NCBI GenBank assembly: GCA_016188115.1
Contig: JACPIK010000002.1
Coordinates: 680,077 to 744,076, forward strand
DNA from: Candidatus Woesearchaeota archaeon
GTDB lineage: Archaea > Nanobdellota > Nanobdellia > Woesearchaeales > GW2011-AR9
Direction of reading: 5' to 3'
Length of the DNA stretch: 64,000 nucleotides
The translations under genes were made by a program, and so were the position numbers. Each line of letters opens with the position of its first letter. Within the stretch, counting starts at the first letter, position 1. Positions 10,201-18,417 of this stretch are shown here, one piece after another. Below the pieces are notes generated by a model. The model was not told the DNA's origin and did not search any database. It was given only the letters and a program-made list of their open reading frames with translations.

Positions 10201-11814
10201 GCGTTTAACTCATCAACAAAAGACAATACCTCTGCTCAAGATCTTATGGTGTATCCAACGATCATCGATGCAGACCAAACCAGAACAACAACAATCGCTA
10301 ATTATCTCGTCAACAATAGTGAAATGATGTTGCTAAACATGCCTTTTGAAGCTAAAAGTAATACTACCAACACTACCGACTATTCACATTTCCATAATCA
10401 TGGAGTCGTAAGTGGACCATCATGGTATGCGCAAGGGGGAATCAACGGATCAGGAATGTATAGTTTGCATGGTGGCACCGACACAATAGTAATCAATGAC
10501 CAAGATTACCTTGATTTTGGAACAAATAAATCATTTATGTTTTGGTACAAACCAATATCGACAACAGCCAACCAACATGTCATGGGAAAAGGAAAAGGAG
10601 CAGGAACATACGAAGGATGTATAATGAGAATGAGCTCGACGCTCGCATTTCAATGTTATAATTCTGCAGGAATCGAAGATGTGTCAATAACAACAAATAC
10701 AGTACCATTAAATGAATGGAATCTTGTTTCTATTGTATTTTACAATAATAATGTTACATTCTACCTCAACGGCAATTATAATTCCTCTGACTTATCTTAT
10801 CAAGCAACTTATAATTCTGACTCACCCTTAAAGATAGGACAAGCGCAAACCGGATGGAGTGGTTCAGCCACAGATGGATTTGTAGATAATGTTCAAATTT
10901 GGAATCGCAGCCTTACACCAGAACAACTCAAAACCATGTACCAAACCCAACGAAATCTGGTTATCAACAGTAGTGAACTTAAAATTCATGATGTTTGGAA
11001 AGTCAACGTCACTGTGAGTGATAGCGTTGATAATTCTGTGGGAGTAATGAGCTCACCGATCACTATTCTTAATGAACCAGTAGGCAATAGTCCACCTAGC
11101 GCGCCATTACTTGTAGCCCCATCAAATCTCACCACTACCATCGTACGAACCCCGCAATTTAATTGGACAACATCCAATGACAGCGATGGTAATCAACTTA
11201 CCTACAACCTTGTTATAGATGATAACATTTTGTTCAACAATCTGGAAATAAATGTCACCGGAATTGGTAACCTTACTTCAGGTAATGTTACATATAATAT
11301 TTCAACAGAATTAGATGTAGACAAAACCTATTTCTGGCGAGTGCGAGCCAATGATGGAACAGATTTTGGACCATATTCAAATGTATCCAATTTCACCCTC
11401 AGTTCCTATCTAGCAATTACCCTTACTCAGGACACCATTAACTTTGGTAGTGTCTCACTTTTCACACGCGCCAACACCACATCAGGAACACCGCGACCAT
11501 TTAGAGCAGAAAACGTAGGAAACATTATTGCTAACGTGACCATCTCTGCTACTTCCTACTTTAGTTCTGTTCCTTTCCCTTCAAGTTATTATCAATTCAA
11601 AATACGGGAAAACGAAACAGGAGCATTTAATCTAACACATTCCAATACGAGCTTTATCAACATGGTTAACTCTACCATATTGCCTCACGTTTGGGGTCTT
11701 GATTGGCATGATTTCAAGAATGATTTTCTCGCGGACATATTAGTGCAATTACCAGATACAGAACCAATAGGACCAAAAAACTCAACAGTTACATTTAGTA
11801 TATCACAACAATGA
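7219..11814 (+). CDS. Giant cell-surface protein: N-terminal TM anchor, three LamG-like (concanavalin A-like lectin) domains, C-terminal fn3-like domain
   Basis: Three paralogous modules (LLNMPFE...DGxxDY..I...W.H....DG......YvNG......L.IG.....F.G.IDe..I.NR.L) are typical of the Laminin_G_3 jellyroll. Each is followed by an ETW.C..T..D motif. The C-terminal region (PQFNWTTSNDSDGNQLTYNL...YFWRVRANDG) is fn3-like. The N-terminal TM is AVALLIIIFSISFLFV. N-x-S/T sequons are very dense. Confidence 0.75.
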   Translation: MTSDPWQSRQRRVEKELEKNNLPQTIRSNTPRYEVIVESPQPKQKTKKAPRQIAWKAVALLIIIFSISFLFVTQTPSSQNTQSITGAAITNVDTTVKTPTSNLTTAPIPEEQYTSSGIGSQNPYRTLGSITNPSFEDAITTEWVYSETDTEFTGGRVAPTNYVPTQGSYVYLLGQDTSTGAGGSPVLNIVPGVYSQVLQTIDLTDVTDIKFDTKYIDYYGISSYFNISAFIDSTLVWSRLSIDYQAENITLDTSTYSGSHDLKFRLTGLFTGAIYEPAWFIDNIRLNQTVTYLITNYNLTPSIAYFDTPLIAQATYSSNATGNVSFRWSINGQNKFNLTNLSVNPNSYITNTLQPGNFTTGDSISLSITGQNATDSSTTSPLTLTISSYTPNLTSVLLNTTHNTYSDNDNLTLYLNSSSQQGFTLHNIINWYKNNVPLLVVNMPFERVNGTNTNNAYDYSIYAHNGSENGGVVWNRTIGYGTTGAYIFDGANDYLQIEQVPQITKNFSVEYWVMRNGTRHEAFAFTNDGSQNKDDPFSWDGNQINIGDGLNHEIKTVTLAADTNVWTHIIFTVDGSNKILRQYKNGTLVDDLSLTYTPSSFPNKFLRIGRGGFAEIYTEYFQGAIDNFRVYNRTLTPDQVKLLYQNQTDVIVQNETYLGETWKACVTIHDTFESSNSTCSNSITFGDNHIPTQFQPIIQSLDATTSTSTDLACYNQSTTDFENDPVKNIYNWKVNDKSIAVLNMPFENYSLTYSGETKDYSGYNNNGTNTSGAFWNATGGFDGKGAYRLDGVDDYISIKNNASLNFVTNYSISFWTKNEVSPANFDTILAKTSGTGWSDGYGIYYSSSSQINFWVSAYGSAYAYATITPTLWNHVVGTYDGSTIRIFVNGVEGTPGTRTTPATNTAALEIGRGASNSYNIDGHIDELLIFNRSLSTDEVKLLFQNKTNTTSFRELQQGETWACEITPNDAHGDGQNKTSTAVTISANTIPTVTVAFNSSTKDNTSAQDLMVYPTIIDADQTRTTTIANYLVNNSEMMLLNMPFEAKSNTTNTTDYSHFHNHGVVSGPSWYAQGGINGSGMYSLHGGTDTIVINDQDYLDFGTNKSFMFWYKPISTTANQHVMGKGKGAGTYEGCIMRMSSTLAFQCYNSAGIEDVSITTNTVPLNEWNLVSIVFYNNNVTFYLNGNYNSSDLSYQATYNSDSPLKIGQAQTGWSGSATDGFVDNVQIWNRSLTPEQLKTMYQTQRNLVINSSELKIHDVWKVNVTVSDSVDNSVGVMSSPITILNEPVGNSPPSAPLLVAPSNLTTTIVRTPQFNWTTSNDSDGNQLTYNLVIDDNILFNNLEINVTGIGNLTSGNVTYNISTELDVDKTYFWRVRANDGTDFGPYSNVSNFTLSSYLAITLTQDTINFGSVSLFTRANTTSGTPRPFRAENVGNIIANVTISATSYFSSVPFPSSYYQFKIRENETGAFNLTHSNTSFINMVNSTILPHVWGLDWHDFKNDFLADILVQLPDTEPIGPKNSTVTFSISQQ

Positions 11815-13052
11815 AAACAGCAACTGCAACAAGAACGGGATTACTATTAATTTTTCTCATCCTAGGTGCAACTATGGCATTGGGGCTCGGAATTAGGCCT
11901 GCAAAAACAACAATTGAAGCAGAGTATGAAAAATCTTTTGATGGTGAAGTATGGGTAGTAAATAGTGATTACCAAGAAAATAGTGTGACTGTATCGGTTG
12001 AAGGTGAAATGGCCAAATATGTTACAATTCATGATTCTCAAATTCATTTCCGTTCCGATGATGAAGCAAAAGCAGTTCACTTCTCAGTGCGGCTACCAGA
12101 ATCTATCCCCCCAGGAATTTCTACCGCAGAGATCATTGTCCAAGCGACACCAGGGTTTAATGAAAATCAAGGCATGAGTTCAAAGATCATTCTGAAGCAC
12201 CAGATTATGATTCATGGACCATATCCACAAAAATATGTGAAAACAAAAATAAATTTTCATGACCGCGGAGAATACATCGATTTTATTTCAGAAATAGAGA
12301 ATGTTGGAAAAGAAGATATTAATAAAGTTCAGACAAAATTTTATGTTAATGATAAAGAACAAGTTCCGCTCGTCTTGAGTACAGAAGAGAAAAGTTTGGA
12401 GATTAAACGAGGAGCCATCTTTGAATTAAAGGTAGATAAAAATGATTTTGATTATGGAGAGTATGAAGTTTCTGCAGTAACATATTATGATGGAAACCAA
12501 GCAGAAGTAATTAAAACTTTAATCGTTGGAAAACCGGAGATTGATATCACCTATTTTGACCAATATCTTAAAGCCAATACTATTAACAAATACACTCTTG
12601 AGCTCCTCAATAAATGGAATAAACGTATTGAAAACGTATTTGTCAATATTATTTTGAAACGAGATGAAAACGTGTTGGAGTCTTTTAGAACATCTCCAAT
12701 TGATATCCCTCCACTCATGCGAGAAAGAATCCAGGAATATCTTGATACAAGAGAGTATGGACCAGGAGAGTATAATGTTGAACTACAAGTAAATTATTGG
12801 AATATTTATTCTATGGACTCAAAAAGTTATGATATTGAACTTCTTAAAGAAAAAGAACAGGAACAAAGCACGGCACCAACTCAAAATGTCTTAGTTGGAA
12901 ATGCCATTCAAGCTCAAGAAACAAAACTCAAATCCAACATGAGAATAATATTATTAGGATCAATTTTACTCGCCGTTCTTGTTTTTGGAGGATACATTAT
13001 TCATCGTTATAGAAACAGAGATGATTACGAAGGGGGAAACAATGCTTTTTAA
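11811..13052 (+). CDS. Secreted surface protein with C-terminal TM anchor
   Basis: N-terminal signal peptide (LLLIFLILGATMALG) and a C-terminal TM plus basic tail (IILLGSILLAVLVFGGYIIHRYRNR). The start overlaps the stop of the LamG gene (ATGA). Confidence 0.5.
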   Translation: MKTATATRTGLLLIFLILGATMALGLGIRPAKTTIEAEYEKSFDGEVWVVNSDYQENSVTVSVEGEMAKYVTIHDSQIHFRSDDEAKAVHFSVRLPESIPPGISTAEIIVQATPGFNENQGMSSKIILKHQIMIHGPYPQKYVKTKINFHDRGEYIDFISEIENVGKEDINKVQTKFYVNDKEQVPLVLSTEEKSLEIKRGAIFELKVDKNDFDYGEYEVSAVTYYDGNQAEVIKTLIVGKPEIDITYFDQYLKANTINKYTLELLNKWNKRIENVFVNIILKRDENVLESFRTSPIDIPPLMRERIQEYLDTREYGPGEYNVELQVNYWNIYSMDSKSYDIELLKEKEQEQSTAPTQNVLVGNAIQAQETKLKSNMRIILLGSILLAVLVFGGYIIHRYRNRDDYEGGNNAF

Positions 13053-13412
13053 AGTTCTTCCATTATTGGATTCATAGGATAACCAACAGAAAAAGTTCTG
13101 TTTAATCTAACTAAAAAAGAGAAGTTGGATCTAGAACTGACATTCAGAGGATTCTTTCTTTGGGTTCTTAAACTAGTGAATACTCTCTCCCATAGGTGAT
13201 ACCATGACAACTAAAAAAGAATATAATGTTGAAAACCAATATGGAGAATTCGTCAACGAGCTCCATGATGAAGATCGTGCATTCTTGCAGTTTATGGCTC
13301 GGCGACAACGATATTAATTCTTTCTTTTTTTCTAATAAAAGTAAATAATAAAGTAAACGGGAAAATAGTAAATATAATCAAAATATGAAACAACAAACCG
13401 AAAGAAAAATCC

Positions 13413-14537
13413 TCACCCAAAGAACCGTTTTAAAAATCCCGTACTTGCTTTCTCTTCCTGCAATTCTTTAATCAGTTCACGTTGTTTCTTAGATATTTTT
13501 GTAGGAACAGCAACACGCACTTTTACCATCTGATCGCCACGTCCACTGGATTGAATACGAGCAAGACCTTTACCTTTCATGCGAAATGTTGTTTCTGATT
13601 GCGTCCCTTCAGGAATAGTGAGAACAGCAGTACCGTCAATGGTAGGTACTTCAATTTCATCACCAAGTGTAGCCTGCGTAAACGAAATAGGAATAGTAAT
13701 TTCCAAATTATCCCCTTGCCTTGCAAAGTGAGCATGAGCTTTGACATGAACTTGAATATACAAATCTCCCGCACGACCACCTGCTCCTCCCACCTCGCCT
13801 TCTCCAGTAACACGTAGACGCATACCATCCTCAATTCCAGCAGGAATAGTAACTTCGATTTCTTTACGTTCACGAACGACGCCTTCACCGTTACATTCTT
13901 TACAGGTATCACTTGCTTTCTCACCACGACCTTGACAAGTAGAACAAGGCGCAGTTTGTTGGAAGACACCAAACGGAGTCTTTTGAATTTTACGCATATA
14001 TCCTGAACCTTGACAAGATGAACATTTTGTAAACGAATGAGCCCCTTTACCTTTGCAAGAAGCACAATGAGCTAATTTATTGAGTTTAACAGATTTTGTC
14101 GTTCCTTTTGCTACTTCCTCCAGAGTGATTTCAATATCATAGAGTAAATCAGAACCGCGTCGACCACCTCGTCCACGACCCCCAGCATTGCCACCAAAGA
14201 GTTGATCAAAGATATCTCCAAAATCCCCCATACCGCCAAATTGTGACATCACATCAGAGAAATCATACCCCTCAAAACCACTGCCACCAGGACCGCCAGC
14301 CCCGCCATTAAACGCAGCAGAACCATATTGATCATATTGGGCCCGTTTCTTATCATCTCCAAGAACGGAAGCTGCTTGATTAATTTCCTTGAATTTCTCT
14401 TCATACTCCTTTTTATTCTCTTCAGCAGCGCGATCTGGGTGATATTTCATTGCCAGTTTTTTATAGGCTTTCTTAATATCTTCTTTCGTTGCACCTTTCT
14501 CAACACCCAATAATGAATAATAATCTTTATCTGCCAT
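13413..14537 (-). CDS. dnaJ: Chaperone DnaJ
   Basis: J-domain with HPD (YYSLLGV...YHPD), a G/F-rich region, and four CxxCxGxG zinc-finger repeats. A GGGAGA SD-like sequence lies 7 nt upstream. Confidence 0.9.
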   Translation of the reverse strand: MADKDYYSLLGVEKGATKEDIKKAYKKLAMKYHPDRAAEENKKEYEEKFKEINQAASVLGDDKKRAQYDQYGSAAFNGGAGGPGGSGFEGYDFSDVMSQFGGMGDFGDIFDQLFGGNAGGRGRGGRRGSDLLYDIEITLEEVAKGTTKSVKLNKLAHCASCKGKGAHSFTKCSSCQGSGYMRKIQKTPFGVFQQTAPCSTCQGRGEKASDTCKECNGEGVVRERKEIEVTIPAGIEDGMRLRVTGEGEVGGAGGRAGDLYIQVHVKAHAHFARQGDNLEITIPISFTQATLGDEIEVPTIDGTAVLTIPEGTQSETTFRMKGKGLARIQSSGRGDQMVKVRVAVPTKISKKQRELIKELQEEKASTGFLKRFFG

Positions 14538-14540
14538 GGT

Positions 14541-15194
14541 CTATTCTCCCGTAACTCTACGAAGATGGTTCTCAAACTCTTGTTTTAAATCTTGTGCAGT
14601 GAATGATAAATGCGAAAATAATTCTACTTCAAAATCCAGCATTTCTTGTTCTTCTTCATGCCTTAGGATCGCATGAGGATACATCTCACGCAAATACGCT
14701 AATCTCTCCCGCAACCCTATAATCTCTGTCTTTAACACTCGCCAATCAATGTAATGCACCAAATTTTCTTCAAATGTTTTGTCTACCACATGAATCCCCG
14801 GTGCGCTGGCTTTACGCAATGACGCCGCCAACCTAGGATACTGCTCACCAAACACTTCATATGCAATTTCTCCTTCGTACTTTCCTGCAAAACGCAATCG
14901 TAATTCTTTCCACTTAGCAATCTCCTCATCTGAATACGCATAAGGATGATATTTATGATTAGGATTTAATTCTTTGAGTGTCACCGCTTTAAACAAATCA
15001 TGTAAGACCGAAAGGGCACGCACAAAATCAACATCAACAGGCTTACCCTCAATTCTAGTTCCATTTTTAACTAACTCTTGTGCTAAAAACATGCTTACCT
15101 CTTGCACCGCTTTGCAATGCGCTAAGATGTTTCTAGGAACTTTATATTCTTCAAAATAAGAGAGGCATTGAGATTGACTTGGAAGAGATATCAT
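14541..15194 (-). CDS. HD-domain phosphohydrolase-family protein inserted between dnaK and dnaJ
   Basis: H...HD signature (AHCKAVQ ... LSVLHDLFK). The track ORF 14541..15686 runs antisense into the dnaK 3' end. The plausible start is MISLPSQ, with its ATG ending at 15194. Confidence 0.6.
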   Translation of the reverse strand: MISLPSQSQCLSYFEEYKVPRNILAHCKAVQEVSMFLAQELVKNGTRIEGKPVDVDFVRALSVLHDLFKAVTLKELNPNHKYHPYAYSDEEIAKWKELRLRFAGKYEGEIAYEVFGEQYPRLAASLRKASAPGIHVVDKTFEENLVHYIDWRVLKTEIIGLRERLAYLREMYPHAILRHEEEQEMLDFEVELFSHLSFTAQDLKQEFENHLRRVTGE

Positions 15195-15252
15195 GTTTGT
15201 GTATAACCCCTCAAAAAATAAACTATAACAAAAAAATAAAAAAAAGCAAGAC

Positions 15253-17166
15253 CTATTGGTCTTTACCTTTCTTCTTGCCAGCTGGCTTGTCAGAAGAGTG
15301 ACCTGCTTTCTCTTTAAACTCAGCGTCAACAACTTTCTCACCATGCGCATGTCCATGAACTTGATCTTCACCAGGCATACCGGCGTTCCCACCAGCAGCT
15401 TGTTGCGCAGCATTTGCATCTTGGTAAATCTTTGCGCCAATCTCGCCAACCACTTTGTTGAGTTCTTCGATAGCAGCATTAATAGCAGCAGCATCTTCGC
15501 CTTGACGAACTTTCTCAACGTGAGCAATTTTGTCCTCAATGCGCTTGCGTGTGCCATCATCAACTTTGTCTTTAAATTCATCAAGCACTTTCTTAGTTTG
15601 ATAGGCAACAGATTCAGCATTGTTTTGCGCTTCGATAAGTTCACGTTTACGTTCATCGTCAGCAGCATACTTCTCTGCTTCTTCACGCATGCGTTTCACT
15701 TCTGCTTCACTTAATGCACTTGAACCAGTAATCTTAATTTTTTGTTCTTTACCAGTTCCAAGATCTTTTGCGCTAACATGAACAATACCATTTGCATCAA
15801 TATCAAATGTGACTTCAACTTGTGGAACGCCACGAGGAGCAGGAGGAATTCCCATTAAGTCAAATTGACCAAGAGTCTTGTTGTCATGAAACATAGACCT
15901 TTCCCCTTGTCCAACTTTAATAGTAACTGCAGTTTGGTTGTCAGCAGCAGTGGAGAAGATCTGCGATTTTTTGGTAGGAATGGTTGTATTTCTCTCTATC
16001 AAACGAGTAAATACGCCACCCAAAGTCTCAAGACCTAAGCTTAGAGGCGTAACGTCAAGAAGCAAGATGTCTTTAATATCGCCAGACATAACTCCTGCTT
16101 GAATTGCTGCACCAATCGCTACAGCTTCATCAGGGTTAACAGATTTGTCGCCTTCTTTTCCAGTGAGTCTGCGTACTAAATCTTGAACACAAGGCATACG
16201 GGTTGAACCGCCTACAAAAATAACACGATTAATATCACCTTGTGTCATTTGAGCATCACGTAATGCATTCTTAACTGGAGCTTCCAATCGACGTAAAATA
16301 TCCGCAATTAAAGATTCGAAATGAGCGCGGGTTAATTCCTCTTTGATGTGTTTTGGTCCATGTTGATCAGCAGTGATAAAAGGGATGTTAATCTCAACTT
16401 TCATTTTTGAAGAAAGTTCAATTTTCGCTTTTTCTGCTGCTTCTTTAAGACGTTGCATCGCCGTAGGGTCGTGACGTAAATCAATACCTTGGGATTTTTT
16501 GAAACGATCCATGATATCATTCATGATACATTCATCAACATCATCCCCACCAAGGTAATTATCCCCGCTGGTTGCTTTAACTTCAAAGATGCCATCCCCT
16601 AATTCCAAAATAGAAACATCAAATGTTCCTCCTCCGAAATCAAAAACAAGGATAGTATGATCTTGTTCTTGTTTGTCAAGACCGTATGCAAGAGCAGCCG
16701 CAGTTGGCTCGTTAATAATGCGCAGTACATTCAAACCTGCAATTTCTCCTGCATTCTTAGTTGCTTGACGTTGAGAATCATTAAAATATGCAGGAACAGT
16801 AATAACTGCATTTTTAACTTCTTGACCAAGATAAGCTTCAGAATCACGTTTTAATTTCTGTAAGATCATAGCAGAAATTTGTTCTGGGCTATGAGGTTTT
16901 CCATCAATGGTAACTTTTTCATTTGTGCCCATTTTACGTTTAATGGAACGAATAGTACGAGTAGGATCAGTAATTGCTTGGTTACGAGCTACTTGACCTA
17001 CAACAACATCCTCATCTTTAATGTGAACAACGCTAGGAGTTGTTCTAGTTCCTTCTGAATTGGGGATAATTACGGGTTTACCTCCTTCAAGAACAGCAAC
17101 AGCTGAAAAAGTTGTACCTAAGTCAATACCGATCGTTGCGCCGGTTGTGGTTTTTTTGGTTGTCAT
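15253..17166 (-). CDS. dnaK: Chaperone DnaK (Hsp70)
   Basis: [22 protein letters not shown] and the full Hsp70 ATPase and substrate-binding domains. The probable start is MTTKK at 17166, with a GGAGG 8 nt upstream. The track ORF begins 15 nt earlier. Confidence 0.95.
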   Translation of the reverse strand: MTTKKTTTGATIGIDLGTTFSAVAVLEGGKPVIIPNSEGTRTTPSVVHIKDEDVVVGQVARNQAITDPTRTIRSIKRKMGTNEKVTIDGKPHSPEQISAMILQKLKRDSEAYLGQEVKNAVITVPAYFNDSQRQATKNAGEIAGLNVLRIINEPTAAALAYGLDKQEQDHTILVFDFGGGTFDVSILELGDGIFEVKATSGDNYLGGDDVDECIMNDIMDRFKKSQGIDLRHDPTAMQRLKEAAEKAKIELSSKMKVEINIPFITADQHGPKHIKEELTRAHFESLIADILRRLEAPVKNALRDAQMTQGDINRVIFVGGSTRMPCVQDLVRRLTGKEGDKSVNPDEAVAIGAAIQAGVMSGDIKDILLLDVTPLSLGLETLGGVFTRLIERNTTIPTKKSQIFSTAADNQTAVTIKVGQGERSMFHDNKTLGQFDLMGIPPAPRGVPQVEVTFDIDANGIVHVSAKDLGTGKEQKIKITGSSALSEAEVKRMREEAEKYAADDERKRELIEAQNNAESVAYQTKKVLDEFKDKVDDGTRKRIEDKIAHVEKVRQGEDAAAINAAIEELNKVVGEIGAKIYQDANAAQQAAGGNAGMPGEDQVHGHAHGEKVVDAEFKEKAGHSSDKPAGKKKGKDQ

Positions 17167-17233
17167 TATATTTTCCTCCATTAAATGGTATTTTTCTTGA
17201 TTTGTTTTTCTTAATCAAATTTTGATTACAATT

Positions 17234-17785
17234 TTACTTTGATTTTGTTTTACTAAGATCCTTCTCTGGATGAGACTTGCCAGGACCATCACTTACTTTT
17301 ACACGTGCAGCACGTAATACTTTTCCATGAAGCAAGTATCCTTTTTGAAATTCTTCAACGATAGTATCCACGGGTTCATCACAAGGCACTTTCATAAGAG
17401 GTTGATGATAGAGGGGATCAAACTTAGCCCCTAATGAATCCAACGCTACAACTCCACTTTTTTCTAAAGCAGAGAGCAACTGAGCGTATAATAATTCCAT
17501 CCCCTCTCGCACATCTTCTACTTTTTGAGTAGGATTCTTTAATGCAAGATGAAAAGTATCTAAAACTGGCAGCAGTTCAATGAGGAACTTTTTAAGTGCC
17601 ATTTGTTCAGCATCAGTTATACGTTGCGTAACTTGCTTACGATAGTTCTCAAAATTAGCTTGAGTACGTTGAAGCAAATCGGTAAGTTCTTCAACTTTAT
17701 CTTTGACAGGAGCCTCTTGCGTTGTGCTAGTAGCATCTGCATTTTCCGTTTTAACAGGTTCGTTTTGTTGATCTAAGTTCGACAT
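17234..17785 (-). CDS. grpE: Nucleotide exchange factor GrpE
   Basis: GrpE coiled-coil and C-terminal domain (LQRTQANFENYRKQ ... HQPLMKV). The track ORF extends to 18082 through the divergent regulator gene. The likely start is MSNLDQQ (17785), or MHSR at 17804. Confidence 0.8.
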   Translation of the reverse strand: MSNLDQQNEPVKTENADATSTTQEAPVKDKVEELTDLLQRTQANFENYRKQVTQRITDAEQMALKKFLIELLPVLDTFHLALKNPTQKVEDVREGMELLYAQLLSALEKSGVVALDSLGAKFDPLYHQPLMKVPCDEPVDTIVEEFQKGYLLHGKVLRAARVKVSDGPGKSHPEKDLSKTKSK

Positions 17786-17802
17786 GGAAGCTCTTGAATG
17801 CA

Positions 17803-17815
17803 TTTTATATATAAA
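17803..17815. promoter_or_regulatory. Palindromic TATA-like box TTTTATATATAAA, about 25 bp upstream of the grpE start
   Basis: An AT palindrome centred about 25 bp from the grpE ATG at 17785. Archaeal promoters carry BRE/TATA near -26. Confidence 0.4.
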
Positions 17816-17834
17816 CATTTCGCAAGGACAAACA

Positions 17835-17842
17835 TTTAAATA
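17835..17842 (+). promoter_or_regulatory. TATA-like box TTTAAATA for the divergent wHTH regulator (leaderless)
   Basis: Lies 23-30 bp upstream of the ATG at 17865. Confidence 0.35.
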
Positions 17843-17864
17843 GAAAAATACCCCTATCCCGCAT

Positions 17865-18269
17865 ATGACACAAAAAGTCACGATTCTGCGAATTCGCCGT
17901 GTTGCCACAGAAAACCTCAACCAAGATCTCCAGTGGTTTGGCTCATCATTAGGACTATTTAATCTGCGTGATAAGGATAGCAGTTGTTTTCGTGTATTTA
18001 TTACCCTGCTTAAGCGCGCTCGGACTTCCGACCTCATCACATCAGATGAAGTTGCAGAAAAATTAGATTTAAGTCGAGGCACCGTCGTACATCATCTGAC
18101 CAAACTTATGGATGCAGGAATAGTCATGCGAGTAAAAGGAGGATATGTACTGCGAGACAACAACCTGCAAAAAGTAATTCGCGATGTCCAAAGAGATATT
18201 GAAAACATCTTTACTGACCTAAACAAAGTAGCGAAAGAAATCGATGACCAGTTAGGTCAGAACTTCTAG
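17865..18269 (+). CDS. Winged-helix transcriptional regulator divergent from the dnaK operon
   Basis: ITSDEVAEKLDLSRGTVVHHLTKLMDAGIVMR is a classic HTH plus wing. Its position suggests it is the heat-shock operon regulator (inference). Confidence 0.5.
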   Translation: MTQKVTILRIRRVATENLNQDLQWFGSSLGLFNLRDKDSSCFRVFITLLKRARTSDLITSDEVAEKLDLSRGTVVHHLTKLMDAGIVMRVKGGYVLRDNNLQKVIRDVQRDIENIFTDLNKVAKEIDDQLGQNF

Positions 18270-18417
18270 AGAACAGGTAATTATAATAATTTTAGATTAT
18301 ACTAAGACCCTGCTAAACCTATCCCCACCACCCAAAATAGAACAGACATATCTTGAAAGACAAAACCACATCGTCAAAAAAGATAGCTATTTATAGAGAA
18401 AAAATAATCCCTTCAGC

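Noticed and set aside
14541-15686. 381-aa ORF overlapping the 3' end of dnaK
   Set aside because: The N-terminal 160 residues are a Lys/Leu-rich antisense read-through of dnaK. Only the C-terminal HD domain (start 15194) looks real.
15256-15714. 152-aa plus-strand ORF inside dnaK and other antisense ORFs (13577..14065, 16657..16854, 8533..8922, 24051..24545, 32365..32739)
   Set aside because: They are embedded antisense in strongly supported genes, their composition is hydrophobic and low-complexity (typical of AT-rich antisense frames), and they have no motifs.
17234-18082. 282-aa extended GrpE ORF
   Set aside because: The upstream 90 codons overlap the divergent wHTH gene and a TATA-like box. 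GrpE most likely starts at 17785 (or 17804).
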